DNA of 32,846 bases from an uncultured Gammaproteobacteria bacterium (GTDB lineage Bacteria > Patescibacteriota > Microgenomatia > UBA12405 > JAHJSD01). The notes under the pieces are model-generated. The model searched no databases and was not told where the DNA came from. It saw nothing but the letters and a program-made list of their open reading frames with translations. The stretch covers positions 2,088-34,933 of the forward strand of contig CAYSLZ010000001.1 in NCBI GenBank assembly GCA_964432015.1. Direction: 5' to 3'. Shown piece after piece: positions 6,072 to 14,372 of the stretch; within the stretch, counting starts at the first letter, position 1; each line of letters opens with the position of its first letter. A program made the translations under genes and the position numbers.

Positions 6072-9000
6072 ATGGCAAAACAAAGAATTTATTTAGGCAA
6101 AAAACCATTTACCCCGAAACCAATTGATTTAACAAAGGTTCAAAAAGAGTCTTGGCAGCAATTCATTGATCAAGGATTAGGGGAAACGATTCGTTCTATT
6201 GCGCCTATTGAGGATTATACCGGCAAAAATTGGTTATTGGAATTGGGAGAAATAAAAGTTGGCAAGCCGGCAGTTACTCCTAAAGAAGCTTTTCGTAAGG
6301 ATTTAACTTACGCCGCTCCAATTGAAATAGAAGCTAAACTGACTAACAAACGAAAAAATAAAACCCAAACAGAAGATGTTTTTTTGCTTAATCTTCCTTT
6401 AATGACTAAGCAGGGGACATTTATAGTTTCTGGTATTGAACGGTGTATTTTAAACCAATTAGTTCGTTCTCCGGGGGTCTATTTTACCGCCGAGGAAGAT
6501 GAACGGACAGGAAAAATTCTTCATGAGGCCGAACTTAGGCCGCTCCGCGGTTCTTGGTTGGAATTTTTAGTAAGTCGTCGAGGAATTATTTATGCCCGGA
6601 TTGACCGACGGCGAAAATTTCCAGCAACAATTATTTTCCGGGCTTTGGGAATAGAGTCTAATCGTGCTTTAGTTGATACTTTTGGCGGCTTTATAAAAGA
6701 AACTATTGAACAAGACCCGACAGAAAATCAGGAAGAAGCCTTATTGGAGTTTTACCAAAAAATTCGTCCGGGTGAACCGGCTGTTTTGGAAACCGCTCGA
6801 AATAATTTTCGGGAACGTTTTTTTGAAAACAGAACTTATGACTTAGGACAAGTCGGCAGGTATAAGATTAATAAGCGGTTGGGTTTGTCTTATCCAGATG
6901 ACAAAGAAGAAAATTGGGTTTTAAAACAAGAAGATTTGGTTTCTACCATAAAATATTTGATTGCTCTTCAGCAGGGGGAAGCAAAAAAAGTTGATGATAT
7001 TGACCATTTGGGCAACCGAAGAATTCGTCAGGTTGGGGAAATAGTTACCCAAGTAGCTTTGCGTTCTTCAACAAGACGTTTTGAAAGAATGGTTAAGGAA
7101 AGAATGAGCTTAGCAAGTCCGAATAAAGATGGGACTACACCTACCCGTTTAGTTTCTTCTCAAGTTTTCACCAATGCGATCAACTCTTTCTTTAGAACCA
7201 ATCAATTATCTTCTATTTTGGAACAGACAAATCCTTTATCTGAGCTGGATCTTCTTCGACGGGTAACAGTTTTGGGGCCGGGAGGTTTAAGCCGTGAACG
7301 GGCTTCCTTTTCAATCCGGGATATTCATGATTCACAGTATGGAAGGATCTGCCCGATTCGGTCGCCGGAAGGAATGAATATCGGTTTGGTTACTTACTTA
7401 GCTTTGTTTGCTAAGGTCAATAAATACGGATTTTTAGAAACCCCATATCGTAAAGTTGAAAAAATTAAAAAAGGCGGCAAAACTAAAATGAAAGTTACCG
7501 ATGAAGTTGTTTATTTACCGGCAGATGATGAAGAAGATTATTATATTACCCATACCGGAGTAGAAATTGATGATGACGGTTATATAACTCAGGATTGGGT
7601 TCCGGTAAGACATCAAGGCGAGTTTTTTGAAGCTAAAGTAGATAATGTTCAGTTGATTGATTATGTTCCTCAACAGGTTTTAGGTATTGCCGCTGCTTTG
7701 ATCCCGTTTGTATCTCATGACGAGCCGCAAAGAGCTTTAATGGGAGCCCACATGCTTTGTCAGGGAGCGCCTTTAGTTGATCCGGAATCCCCTATTGTTG
7801 GGACAGGTTTAGAAGGTGTTGTCGCTAGAGCAATGGGTTGGGTAAAAGACGCAGAAGAAAATGGCACGGTTGAGTATGTTGATGGCGATAAAGTGGTAAT
7901 TAAGCCGAAAGGCAAGAAAAAGTCTAAGACTTATGATATTCAAAAATTTAGACGGACAAGTCCTTATGGAACTTGCTACAGTCAACGTCCGGTTGTTGAG
8001 GTCGGCGACAAAGTTAAAAAAGGCGACATGATAATTGACGGACCTGGTAGTCAGGGAGGCGAATTTGCTCCCGGCAAAAATTTAGTTATTGCTTATGCTC
8101 CGTTTGAGGGTTTGGTTTATGAAGACGCAATTGCAATTTCTGACCGTTTACTTAAGGACGATACTTTTACTTCGATACAAATTGAGGAATATGAGGCTGA
8201 AGTTGTTGAAACTAAGCTCGGGCCCGAGGAAGTAACCCGGGATATTCCTAATGTGGCTGAGTCTGATTTGGCTAATTTAACAGAAGACGGCATTGTTATG
8301 GTTGGAGCTAAAGTAGATGCCCACGATATATTAGTTGGAAAAGTTGAGCCTAAGGGAGAAAAAGAGTTAACTGCCGAAGAGCGTTTATTAAGAGCTATTT
8401 TTGGAGAAAAAGCAAAAGACGTTAAGGATACCAGTTTAAGAATACCTCACGGAGAGGGAGGCACAGTTATTGATGTTAATGTTTTAGACCGTCAAGAAGG
8501 CGACGAATTAGACCCAGGGATAAACAAAGTAATTAAGGTATCTGTTGCTCAACTGCGAAGAGCAAAAGTTGGCGATAAATTAGCTGGGCGTCATGGAAAT
8601 AAAGGAGTGATTTCTAAAATTGTTCCTGCTCAAGATATGCCTTATTTGGAGGACGGGACGCCGGTGGATATTATTATTTCTCCTTTATCGGTTATTGCCC
8701 GGATGAATTTAGGTCAAATAATGGAGACGCATTTAGGCTGGGCGGCCGAGAAGTTGGATAAAAAATACGCTTTACCTGTTTTTGAGGCTTTATCTGAGGA
8801 GGAATTAGTTGAGTTGATGAAAGAGGCAGACTTGCCGGCTACCGGGAAAGCCCAGTTATATAATGGAAAAACAGGTCGTCCTTATGGCCAAAAGTCGGTA
8901 GTTGGTGTTGCTTATATTATGAAATTAATTCACATGGTTCAGGATAAAGTACATGCTCGTTCTACTGGGCCGTACTCGCTGGTAACCCAACAGCCGTTAG

Positions 9001-9254
9001 GCGGTAAGGCGCGAATGGGAGGTCAACGTTTAGGTGAAATGGAGGTTTGGGCTCTTGAAGCGCATAAATCAGCACAAGTTTTACAAGAAATGTTAACGAT
9101 TAAATCCGATGACATTACTGGACGTGGTCAGGCATTTCAGGCAATGATTAAAGGCCGGGATATTCCAGATCCGGGGATTCCAGAATCATTTAAGGTTATG
9201 GTTAAAGAATTAGCCGGTTTAGGTTTAAAAGTTAATCCGGTTGATGACGATTAA
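6072..9254 (+). CDS. rpoB: DNA-directed RNA polymerase subunit beta
   Basis: Full-length RpoB motifs are present (NPLSEL..LGPGGLSRERA, GRHGNKGVISKI, LGEMEVWALEAH). I set the start to the ATG at 6072 (MAKQRIYLGKK) rather than the TTG at 6054, which lies inside the T-run. Confidence 0.97.
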   Translation: MAKQRIYLGKKPFTPKPIDLTKVQKESWQQFIDQGLGETIRSIAPIEDYTGKNWLLELGEIKVGKPAVTPKEAFRKDLTYAAPIEIEAKLTNKRKNKTQTEDVFLLNLPLMTKQGTFIVSGIERCILNQLVRSPGVYFTAEEDERTGKILHEAELRPLRGSWLEFLVSRRGIIYARIDRRRKFPATIIFRALGIESNRALVDTFGGFIKETIEQDPTENQEEALLEFYQKIRPGEPAVLETARNNFRERFFENRTYDLGQVGRYKINKRLGLSYPDDKEENWVLKQEDLVSTIKYLIALQQGEAKKVDDIDHLGNRRIRQVGEIVTQVALRSSTRRFERMVKERMSLASPNKDGTTPTRLVSSQVFTNAINSFFRTNQLSSILEQTNPLSELDLLRRVTVLGPGGLSRERASFSIRDIHDSQYGRICPIRSPEGMNIGLVTYLALFAKVNKYGFLETPYRKVEKIKKGGKTKMKVTDEVVYLPADDEEDYYITHTGVEIDDDGYITQDWVPVRHQGEFFEAKVDNVQLIDYVPQQVLGIAAALIPFVSHDEPQRALMGAHMLCQGAPLVDPESPIVGTGLEGVVARAMGWVKDAEENGTVEYVDGDKVVIKPKGKKKSKTYDIQKFRRTSPYGTCYSQRPVVEVGDKVKKGDMIIDGPGSQGGEFAPGKNLVIAYAPFEGLVYEDAIAISDRLLKDDTFTSIQIEEYEAEVVETKLGPEEVTRDIPNVAESDLANLTEDGIVMVGAKVDAHDILVGKVEPKGEKELTAEERLLRAIFGEKAKDVKDTSLRIPHGEGGTVIDVNVLDRQEGDELDPGINKVIKVSVAQLRRAKVGDKLAGRHGNKGVISKIVPAQDMPYLEDGTPVDIIISPLSVIARMNLGQIMETHLGWAAEKLDKKYALPVFEALSEEELVELMKEADLPATGKAQLYNGKTGRPYGQKSVVGVAYIMKLIHMVQDKVHARSTGPYSLVTQQPLGGKARMGGQRLGEMEVWALEAHKSAQVLQEMLTIKSDDITGRGQAFQAMIKGRDIPDPGIPESFKVMVKELAGLGLKVNPVDDD

Positions 9255-9255
9255 A

Positions 9256-12200
9256 ATGGCAGAAAAAAGAAATAAAAAGGAACGAGATATGGTGATTGAA
9301 AACTTTGGCGATTTAGCTGATTTTAATGGTCTTAGAATTAAATTAGCCTCGCCGGACGAAATTGGCAGCTGGTCTCATGGAGAAGTATTGGAACCGGAAA
9401 CAATAAATTATCGGACATGGAGGCCGGAGAAAAACGGTCTTTTCTGTGAGAAGATTTTTGGACCAACAAAGAATTATCAGTGTTATTGTGGTAAATATAA
9501 GAAAAGAAGATATAAAGGAGTTGTTTGTGATAAATGCGGCGTAGAAGTAACTCATTCCCGAGTTCGACGTGAAAGAATGGGCCACATAAGTTTAGCCGCT
9601 CCGGTTGTTCATCTCTGGTATTGGAAAAATACCTTTTCGCCCTTGGCCTACTTATTGAATGTTTCCAGGAAAGATTTAGAGGGCGTTATTTATTTTGCCC
9701 GATATATGGTTTTAGAGTGTGACGGTCGAGTTCAAAGAGGGGCAGGTTCAAAAATTGAAGAGGGAATAGACGAAAAAAGAGAAGCCGTTTCTAGGACGGT
9801 TAAGGAAAAGATGGCTAAACTTCGGGAATCGAAAGAAAAGGAAGAAGAAAAGTTGGAAAAGGAAATTAAAGCTGAAGATCGGCTGGCGATTGCTAAAGAA
9901 GAGCTGGATGTTAAGTTTCGACAAAAAAAGCAGCGTTTAAAAAATAAGGAGACTGTTGAATATGAGAAGCTTGACAAATTAGAGAAGGATTTAATAAATA
10001 AAGCGGAATCAATCGATGTTTTATCGGTGCTGACTGAAGCCGAACTACAGCATTTGAGGGAGTTTGGGGCCGATGACTTTTTTGAGGTTGAAGTCGGAGC
10101 AGAAGCAATTTTAAAAATTCTCAAATCAATGAGCTTAAAAACTATGCGGCGTAAGCTAAGAGAAAAATTAAAGCAAACAAGAAGTAAACAAAAAAAGAAA
10201 AAACTAATGCGTCGGATTCGAGTAATTAATGGAATGATAAAAGCTGATATTGAGCCTTCCTGGATGATTTTAAGAACACTGCCGGTTATACCGCCGGAAC
10301 TTAGACCGATGGTCCAGTTGACCGGAGGTAGATTTGCAACTTCCGATTTAAATGATTTATACCGTCGAGTGATTAACCGTAATAATCGGCTGAAACGCTT
10401 GATGGAATTAGGTGCACCGGAAATAATTCTGCGTAATGAAAAACGAATGCTTCAAGAATCCGTTGATATGTTAATTGATGCCAGTAAAAGCCGGCGTCAG
10501 CGTTATTCTAAACGTCCGCCGCGGTCATTATCGGATTTACTTAAAGGCAAAAAAGGCCGTTTCCGACGTAATTTATTAGGTAAACGTGTTGATTATTCAG
10601 GCCGAAGCGTTATTGTCTCCGGTCCAAAATTAAAGTTAAATGAGTGCGGTCTGCCGCGTGAAATGGCTTTGGAGTTGTTCCGTCCGTTTATTTTAAGAGA
10701 AATGATTTTAAGAGGGATTGCACCAAATGTAAGAAGCGCTAAAAATATTTTAGACCATAAACCGCCGGAAGTTTATGATATTTTAGAAGAAGTTGTCAAA
10801 AATAAGTTGGTTTTACTTAATCGGGCTCCGACTTTACACAAACTTTCTATTCAGGCCTTTAAGCCGATTTTAGTTGATGGTTTAGCTATAAGGCTTCCGG
10901 CTTGTATCTGCTCAGGGTTTAATGCTGACTTTGACGGGGACGAAATGGGTGTTCATTTACCTTTATCAAAGTCGGCCCAAAAAGAAGCTAGGGAAAGAAT
11001 GATGCCCGGTAGAAATTTACTTAAGCCGTCAAGCGGTCGTCCGGTTGATGTTCCAACCAAAGAAATGGTTGTCGGCATATATTACATTACTTCAATTAGA
11101 CAGGAAGATTTAAAACTATTGGATGATCGGAAAAAAGCTTTAAAGCAAGTTTCACTGTTTTCTGGTCAGGAGGAGGCATTAAGGGCTTGGGAGGAGAAGG
11201 AGGTTGATTTAAGAGAGTTAATCGGGGTGAGGATAAACGGCGAGCTGATTTTAACCAATGTCGGCCGAATATTATTTAATCGGGCGCTTCCTGTAAAAAT
11301 GGACTTTATTAATGAAGATATCCAGTCGGGTCAAATAAAGAAACTGATTAACGCCGCTTTTAAAGAGTATGATTCGGATAAAGTTGTTGAGATAATTGAT
11401 AATCTAAAAGATTTAGGCTTTTTCGGAGCAACCTATTCCGGTATTTCACCTGGAATATTTGATTGTAAACTATTGCCCGATAAAGACAAGATAATTGAAG
11501 AAGCCAACCAAAGAGCTAGTGAAATTGAAGAAAATTATCGTGAAGGGTTAATAACCGCTGATGAAAGAGGAGAACTGACCCAGAATATGTGGATAGAAAC
11601 AACAGAAACAATTGCTGATTTGACTTGGGACAAATTTGAACCGGATGACCCGATTAAGATGATTAGTGATGCTGGAATAAGCCGTGTTTCCAGAGATCAG
11701 ATTAAGCAGGTATCGGGAATGAGAGGTTTAGTTGTTGACCCAATGGGTCGTATTGTGCCTCTGCCGACTAAATCAAATTTTAGAGAGGGGCTTTCTGTTT
11801 TTGAATATGTTACCGGTGCCCGAGGTTCAAGAAAAGGTTTAACAGACACCGCTTTAAAAACTGCCGATGCCGGTTATTTAACCAGACGCTTGGTTGATGT
11901 TGCCCACAGCAGTTTAGTAAGAGAAAAGGACTGCGGGACCTCCAGAAAAATGACTATTACTAAAGACGGTCCGCGTCAAAAATCTTTTGCCAAAAGAATT
12001 CTTGGACGTTATTTGGCAGAAAAAGTTACTGAACCAGAGAAAAAAGAAGTTCTTTTCAAGAAAGGCCACCTTATTTCTGAAGAAGATGCTCAGTTGATAG
12101 CTGAATCAAATGTTAACCAGGTAGCTGTCCGGTCACCCTTGTATTGTCGGACCAAGTATGGTGTTTGTTCAAAGTGTTATGGCTGGGATATGTCTAATAA

Positions 12201-13023
12201 AAAGCCGGTTACAGTGGGGACGCCGGTTGGGGTAGTTGCTGCTCAGTCAATAGGTGAACCGGGGACTCAGTTGACAATGAGAACTAAGCACGTCGGAGGA
12301 GTTGTTGGTAAAGATGTAACTCAAGGTTTACCACGGGTAGAGGAATTACTAGAAGTGCGGACACCTAAAAATCTGTCTCCTTTAGCTGAAATTGACGGTA
12401 AAGTTAAGGTAAGAGAAACAGAACAAGGTTATCAAATTAGTGTTGTCGGCGGTAAAGGTAAGAATAAAAAGAGTGTGTCTTATCGTGTACCTTTGACTAG
12501 TGAACTGAAGGTTAAAAACGGTCAAACTGTTTCCAAGGGTACCCAATTAGCTTCAGGCTATTTGGACATTGAACAAGTTTTGGAAGCTAAGGGTCTCAGA
12601 AAAGCCCAGTTGTACCTTTTAAAAGAGGTTCAGGATGTTTATGAATCACAGGGGATTACAATTCATGATAAGCATTTTGAGGTTTTAATTAGAGAAATGA
12701 GCAGTCGGGTTAAAATTATTCGGCCCGGAGACTCCGACTTTTTAATTGGTGAGTATGTAGAACAGCCGATTTATCAGGAAGTTAATCAGGAGTTGAAGGA
12801 AGAAGATAAAAAACCTGCAAAAGGTAAACGGGTTATTCTTGGTTTGATAAAAGCCGCTTTAAATACCTATTCATGGCTGTCCGCTGCTTCTTTTCAGCAT
12901 ACAACAAATGTTTTAACGGAAGCTTCAATTTTAGGCAAGGTTGATCCGATGATTGGTCTTAAAGAAAACGTAATTGTCGGCCGCAAAATTCCCATTACTC
13001 CTGAAAGAGCAAAGCTGGAATAA
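9256..13023 (+). CDS. rpoC: DNA-directed RNA polymerase subunit beta-prime
   Basis: Zn-finger CYCGKYKKRRYKGVVCDKCGVEV, the catalytic NADFDGDEM motif, and trigger-loop and bridge-helix regions. I chose the ATG at 9256, 1 nt after the rpoB stop; the ATG at 9244 is an alternative. Confidence 0.96.
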   Translation: MAEKRNKKERDMVIENFGDLADFNGLRIKLASPDEIGSWSHGEVLEPETINYRTWRPEKNGLFCEKIFGPTKNYQCYCGKYKKRRYKGVVCDKCGVEVTHSRVRRERMGHISLAAPVVHLWYWKNTFSPLAYLLNVSRKDLEGVIYFARYMVLECDGRVQRGAGSKIEEGIDEKREAVSRTVKEKMAKLRESKEKEEEKLEKEIKAEDRLAIAKEELDVKFRQKKQRLKNKETVEYEKLDKLEKDLINKAESIDVLSVLTEAELQHLREFGADDFFEVEVGAEAILKILKSMSLKTMRRKLREKLKQTRSKQKKKKLMRRIRVINGMIKADIEPSWMILRTLPVIPPELRPMVQLTGGRFATSDLNDLYRRVINRNNRLKRLMELGAPEIILRNEKRMLQESVDMLIDASKSRRQRYSKRPPRSLSDLLKGKKGRFRRNLLGKRVDYSGRSVIVSGPKLKLNECGLPREMALELFRPFILREMILRGIAPNVRSAKNILDHKPPEVYDILEEVVKNKLVLLNRAPTLHKLSIQAFKPILVDGLAIRLPACICSGFNADFDGDEMGVHLPLSKSAQKEARERMMPGRNLLKPSSGRPVDVPTKEMVVGIYYITSIRQEDLKLLDDRKKALKQVSLFSGQEEALRAWEEKEVDLRELIGVRINGELILTNVGRILFNRALPVKMDFINEDIQSGQIKKLINAAFKEYDSDKVVEIIDNLKDLGFFGATYSGISPGIFDCKLLPDKDKIIEEANQRASEIEENYREGLITADERGELTQNMWIETTETIADLTWDKFEPDDPIKMISDAGISRVSRDQIKQVSGMRGLVVDPMGRIVPLPTKSNFREGLSVFEYVTGARGSRKGLTDTALKTADAGYLTRRLVDVAHSSLVREKDCGTSRKMTITKDGPRQKSFAKRILGRYLAEKVTEPEKKEVLFKKGHLISEEDAQLIAESNVNQVAVRSPLYCRTKYGVCSKCYGWDMSNKKPVTVGTPVGVVAAQSIGEPGTQLTMRTKHVGGVVGKDVTQGLPRVEELLEVRTPKNLSPLAEIDGKVKVRETEQGYQISVVGGKGKNKKSVSYRVPLTSELKVKNGQTVSKGTQLASGYLDIEQVLEAKGLRKAQLYLLKEVQDVYESQGITIHDKHFEVLIREMSSRVKIIRPGDSDFLIGEYVEQPIYQEVNQELKEEDKKPAKGKRVILGLIKAALNTYSWLSAASFQHTTNVLTEASILGKVDPMIGLKENVIVGRKIPITPERAKLE

Positions 13024-13047
13024 AATGTTATCATTATTTAAAGAGAT

Positions 13048-13121
13048 CGTCATCCTGAGCGCAGCGAAGGATCCCCTGAATTTTTAACCAAAAGGATTCT
13101 TCGGAGTACCTCAGAATGACG
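13048..13121 (+). repeat. Palindromic two-helix repeat element, copy A (rpoC|rpsL junction)
   Basis: CGTCATCCTGAG-CGCAGC-GAAGGATCC...GGATTCTTC-GGAGTAC-CTCAGAATGACG. The arms pair 11/12 and 9/9, the latter including one G-T pair. Related copies are at 14157, 23127 and 32799. Confidence 0.85.
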
Positions 13122-13144
13122 GGTTTAACCTAGTATGTTATAAT
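13116..13144 (+). promoter_or_regulatory. Putative promoter for rpsL-rpsG (aTGACg-17 nt-TGtTATAAT)
   Basis: Extended -10 with TG at 13136-13137 and TATAAT at 13139-13144. The weak -35 lies inside the right arm of repeat copy A. Confidence 0.45.
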
Positions 13145-13155
13145 ACATGCTGTTT

Positions 13156-13183
13156 AGGAATTAGGATTTAGAAATTAGAAATT
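13156..13183 (+). repeat. Phased heptamer array AGGAATT AGGATTT AGAAATT AGAAATT in the rpsL leader
   Basis: Read directly as four consecutive 7-nt units ending 7 nt before the ATG. Confidence 0.65.
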
Positions 13184-13190
13184 TGTATTT

Positions 13191-13673
13191 ATGCCAACAA
13201 TTAATCAATTGGTCCGTAAGGGCCGTAAGCAACCAAAAAATAAATCAAAGAGCCCGGCTTTACACGGGAAGTTGAATAATCTTAAAGGAAGAATAGCTGA
13301 TGTTCAGTCTCCTCAGAAAAGGGGGGTTGTAACTCAAGTAAAAACTATGGCTCCGAAAAAGCCGCATTCTGCTTTACGGAAAGTAGCCAAGGTTCGTTTA
13401 TCTAATCAAAGGGAAGTGACCGCTTATATTCCTGGTGAAGGCCATAATTTAGCTGAACATGCTATAGTTCTGGTTCGGGGAGGGCGGGTCCGTGATTTGC
13501 CGGGTATCAAATACCACATTGTTCGCGGTGTGGCTGATTCTACTGGAGTAGTAGGTCGAAAGACCAGTCGAAGTAAATATGGAACTCCTAAGGGTGGACT
13601 GCCTACTGATGTTGGATCAGCAAGCGAAGAAGAGTTATCAGAAACTAGTGAGGAGGAAACTGAAAGTGCCTAG
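13191..13673 (+). CDS. rpsL: 30S ribosomal protein S12 with an acidic C-terminal extension of about 26 aa
   Basis: [12 protein letters not shown]..., [10 protein letters not shown] and [10 protein letters not shown] motifs. The canonical end (SKYGTPKG) is followed by [25 protein letters not shown]. Confidence 0.95.
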   Translation: MPTINQLVRKGRKQPKNKSKSPALHGKLNNLKGRIADVQSPQKRGVVTQVKTMAPKKPHSALRKVAKVRLSNQREVTAYIPGEGHNLAEHAIVLVRGGRVRDLPGIKYHIVRGVADSTGVVGRKTSRSKYGTPKGGLPTDVGSASEEELSETSEEETESA

Positions 13674-14145
13674 AAAAGGAGCAGTTAAACCAAGAAAAGT
13701 TGATAAAGACCCTGTTTATAACAGTCGTTTAGTCACCAAACTAATTAATCGAGCGATGAGAGATGGTAAAAAATCTATAGCCAGAAAACAGATTTATGGT
13801 GCTTTTGAAATAATTAAAGAAAAAGAAAAAACTGATCCAATGACTGTTTTTAGGCAGGCAATGAGTAATCTGCGTCCGAATAAAGAAGTTCGTTCCCGTC
13901 GGGTTGGCGGTGCCGCCTATCAGGTTCCAATGCCGGTTAGGGGACCGCGAAAAGATGCTTTGGCTATTCGGTGGCTTGTTCTGTTAGCCCGCCAACGTCC
14001 TAATTCGGAATATCATACTTACGCCGAAAAATTAGCCGCTGAAATAATTGATGCTTACAATCAAACTGGTGGTGCTTATACTAAAAAAAAGCAGGTTGAA
14101 CGCGCTGCTGAAGCCAACAAGGCTTTCTCCCATTTACGTTGGTGA
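13666..14145 (+). CDS. rpsG: 30S ribosomal protein S7
   Basis: GTG start giving (M)[19 protein letters not shown], which matches the conserved S7 N-terminus. AGGAGG lies at 13651-13656. The gene overlaps the rpsL end by 8 nt. The track's start at 13579 is an upstream extension. Confidence 0.93.
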   Translation: MPRKGAVKPRKVDKDPVYNSRLVTKLINRAMRDGKKSIARKQIYGAFEIIKEKEKTDPMTVFRQAMSNLRPNKEVRSRRVGGAAYQVPMPVRGPRKDALAIRWLVLLARQRPNSEYHTYAEKLAAEIIDAYNQTGGAYTKKKQVERAAEANKAFSHLRW

Positions 14146-14156
14146 ACATGCTGTTG

Positions 14157-14243
14157 CGTCATTCTGAGGTACTCCGAAGAATCTCCTAAAAAAGCTAGTT
14201 TGCTAAGTTTGGGGGATCCTTCGCGCCTGCGCTCAGGATGACG
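14157..14243 (-). repeat. Palindromic two-helix repeat element, copy B, inverted orientation (rpsG|fusA junction)
   Basis: Its reverse complement reads CGTCATCCTGAGCGCAGGCGCGAAGGATCCCCC...GGAGATTCTTCGGAGTACCTCAGAATGACG. A partial extra arm, GGCTCAGAATAAC, lies at 14251-14263. Confidence 0.85.
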
Positions 14244-14269
14244 GAAAAAAGGCTCAGAATAACTGTGGT

Positions 14270-14298
14270 TTGCTTAAGGAATTTTAATATGTTATTAT
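14270..14298 (+). promoter_or_regulatory. Putative promoter for fusA (TTGCTT-17 nt-TGtTATTAT)
   Basis: TTGCTT is at 14270-14275, TG at 14290-14291 and TATTAT at 14293-14298. Confidence 0.4.
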
Positions 14299-14372
14299 AA
14301 ACAGTATATTACCCATTAAGGTGGAAAAAGGTTCTCAGACGAGAATGTTGAGGGCCTTTTATTTTTGCATTT

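Noticed and set aside
13025-13087. A 20-codon ORF reads through repeat copy A (MLSLFKEIVILSAAKDPLNF).
   Set aside because: It has no SD and is created by the repeat sequence itself. ORFs of this kind are typical repeat-derived artefacts.
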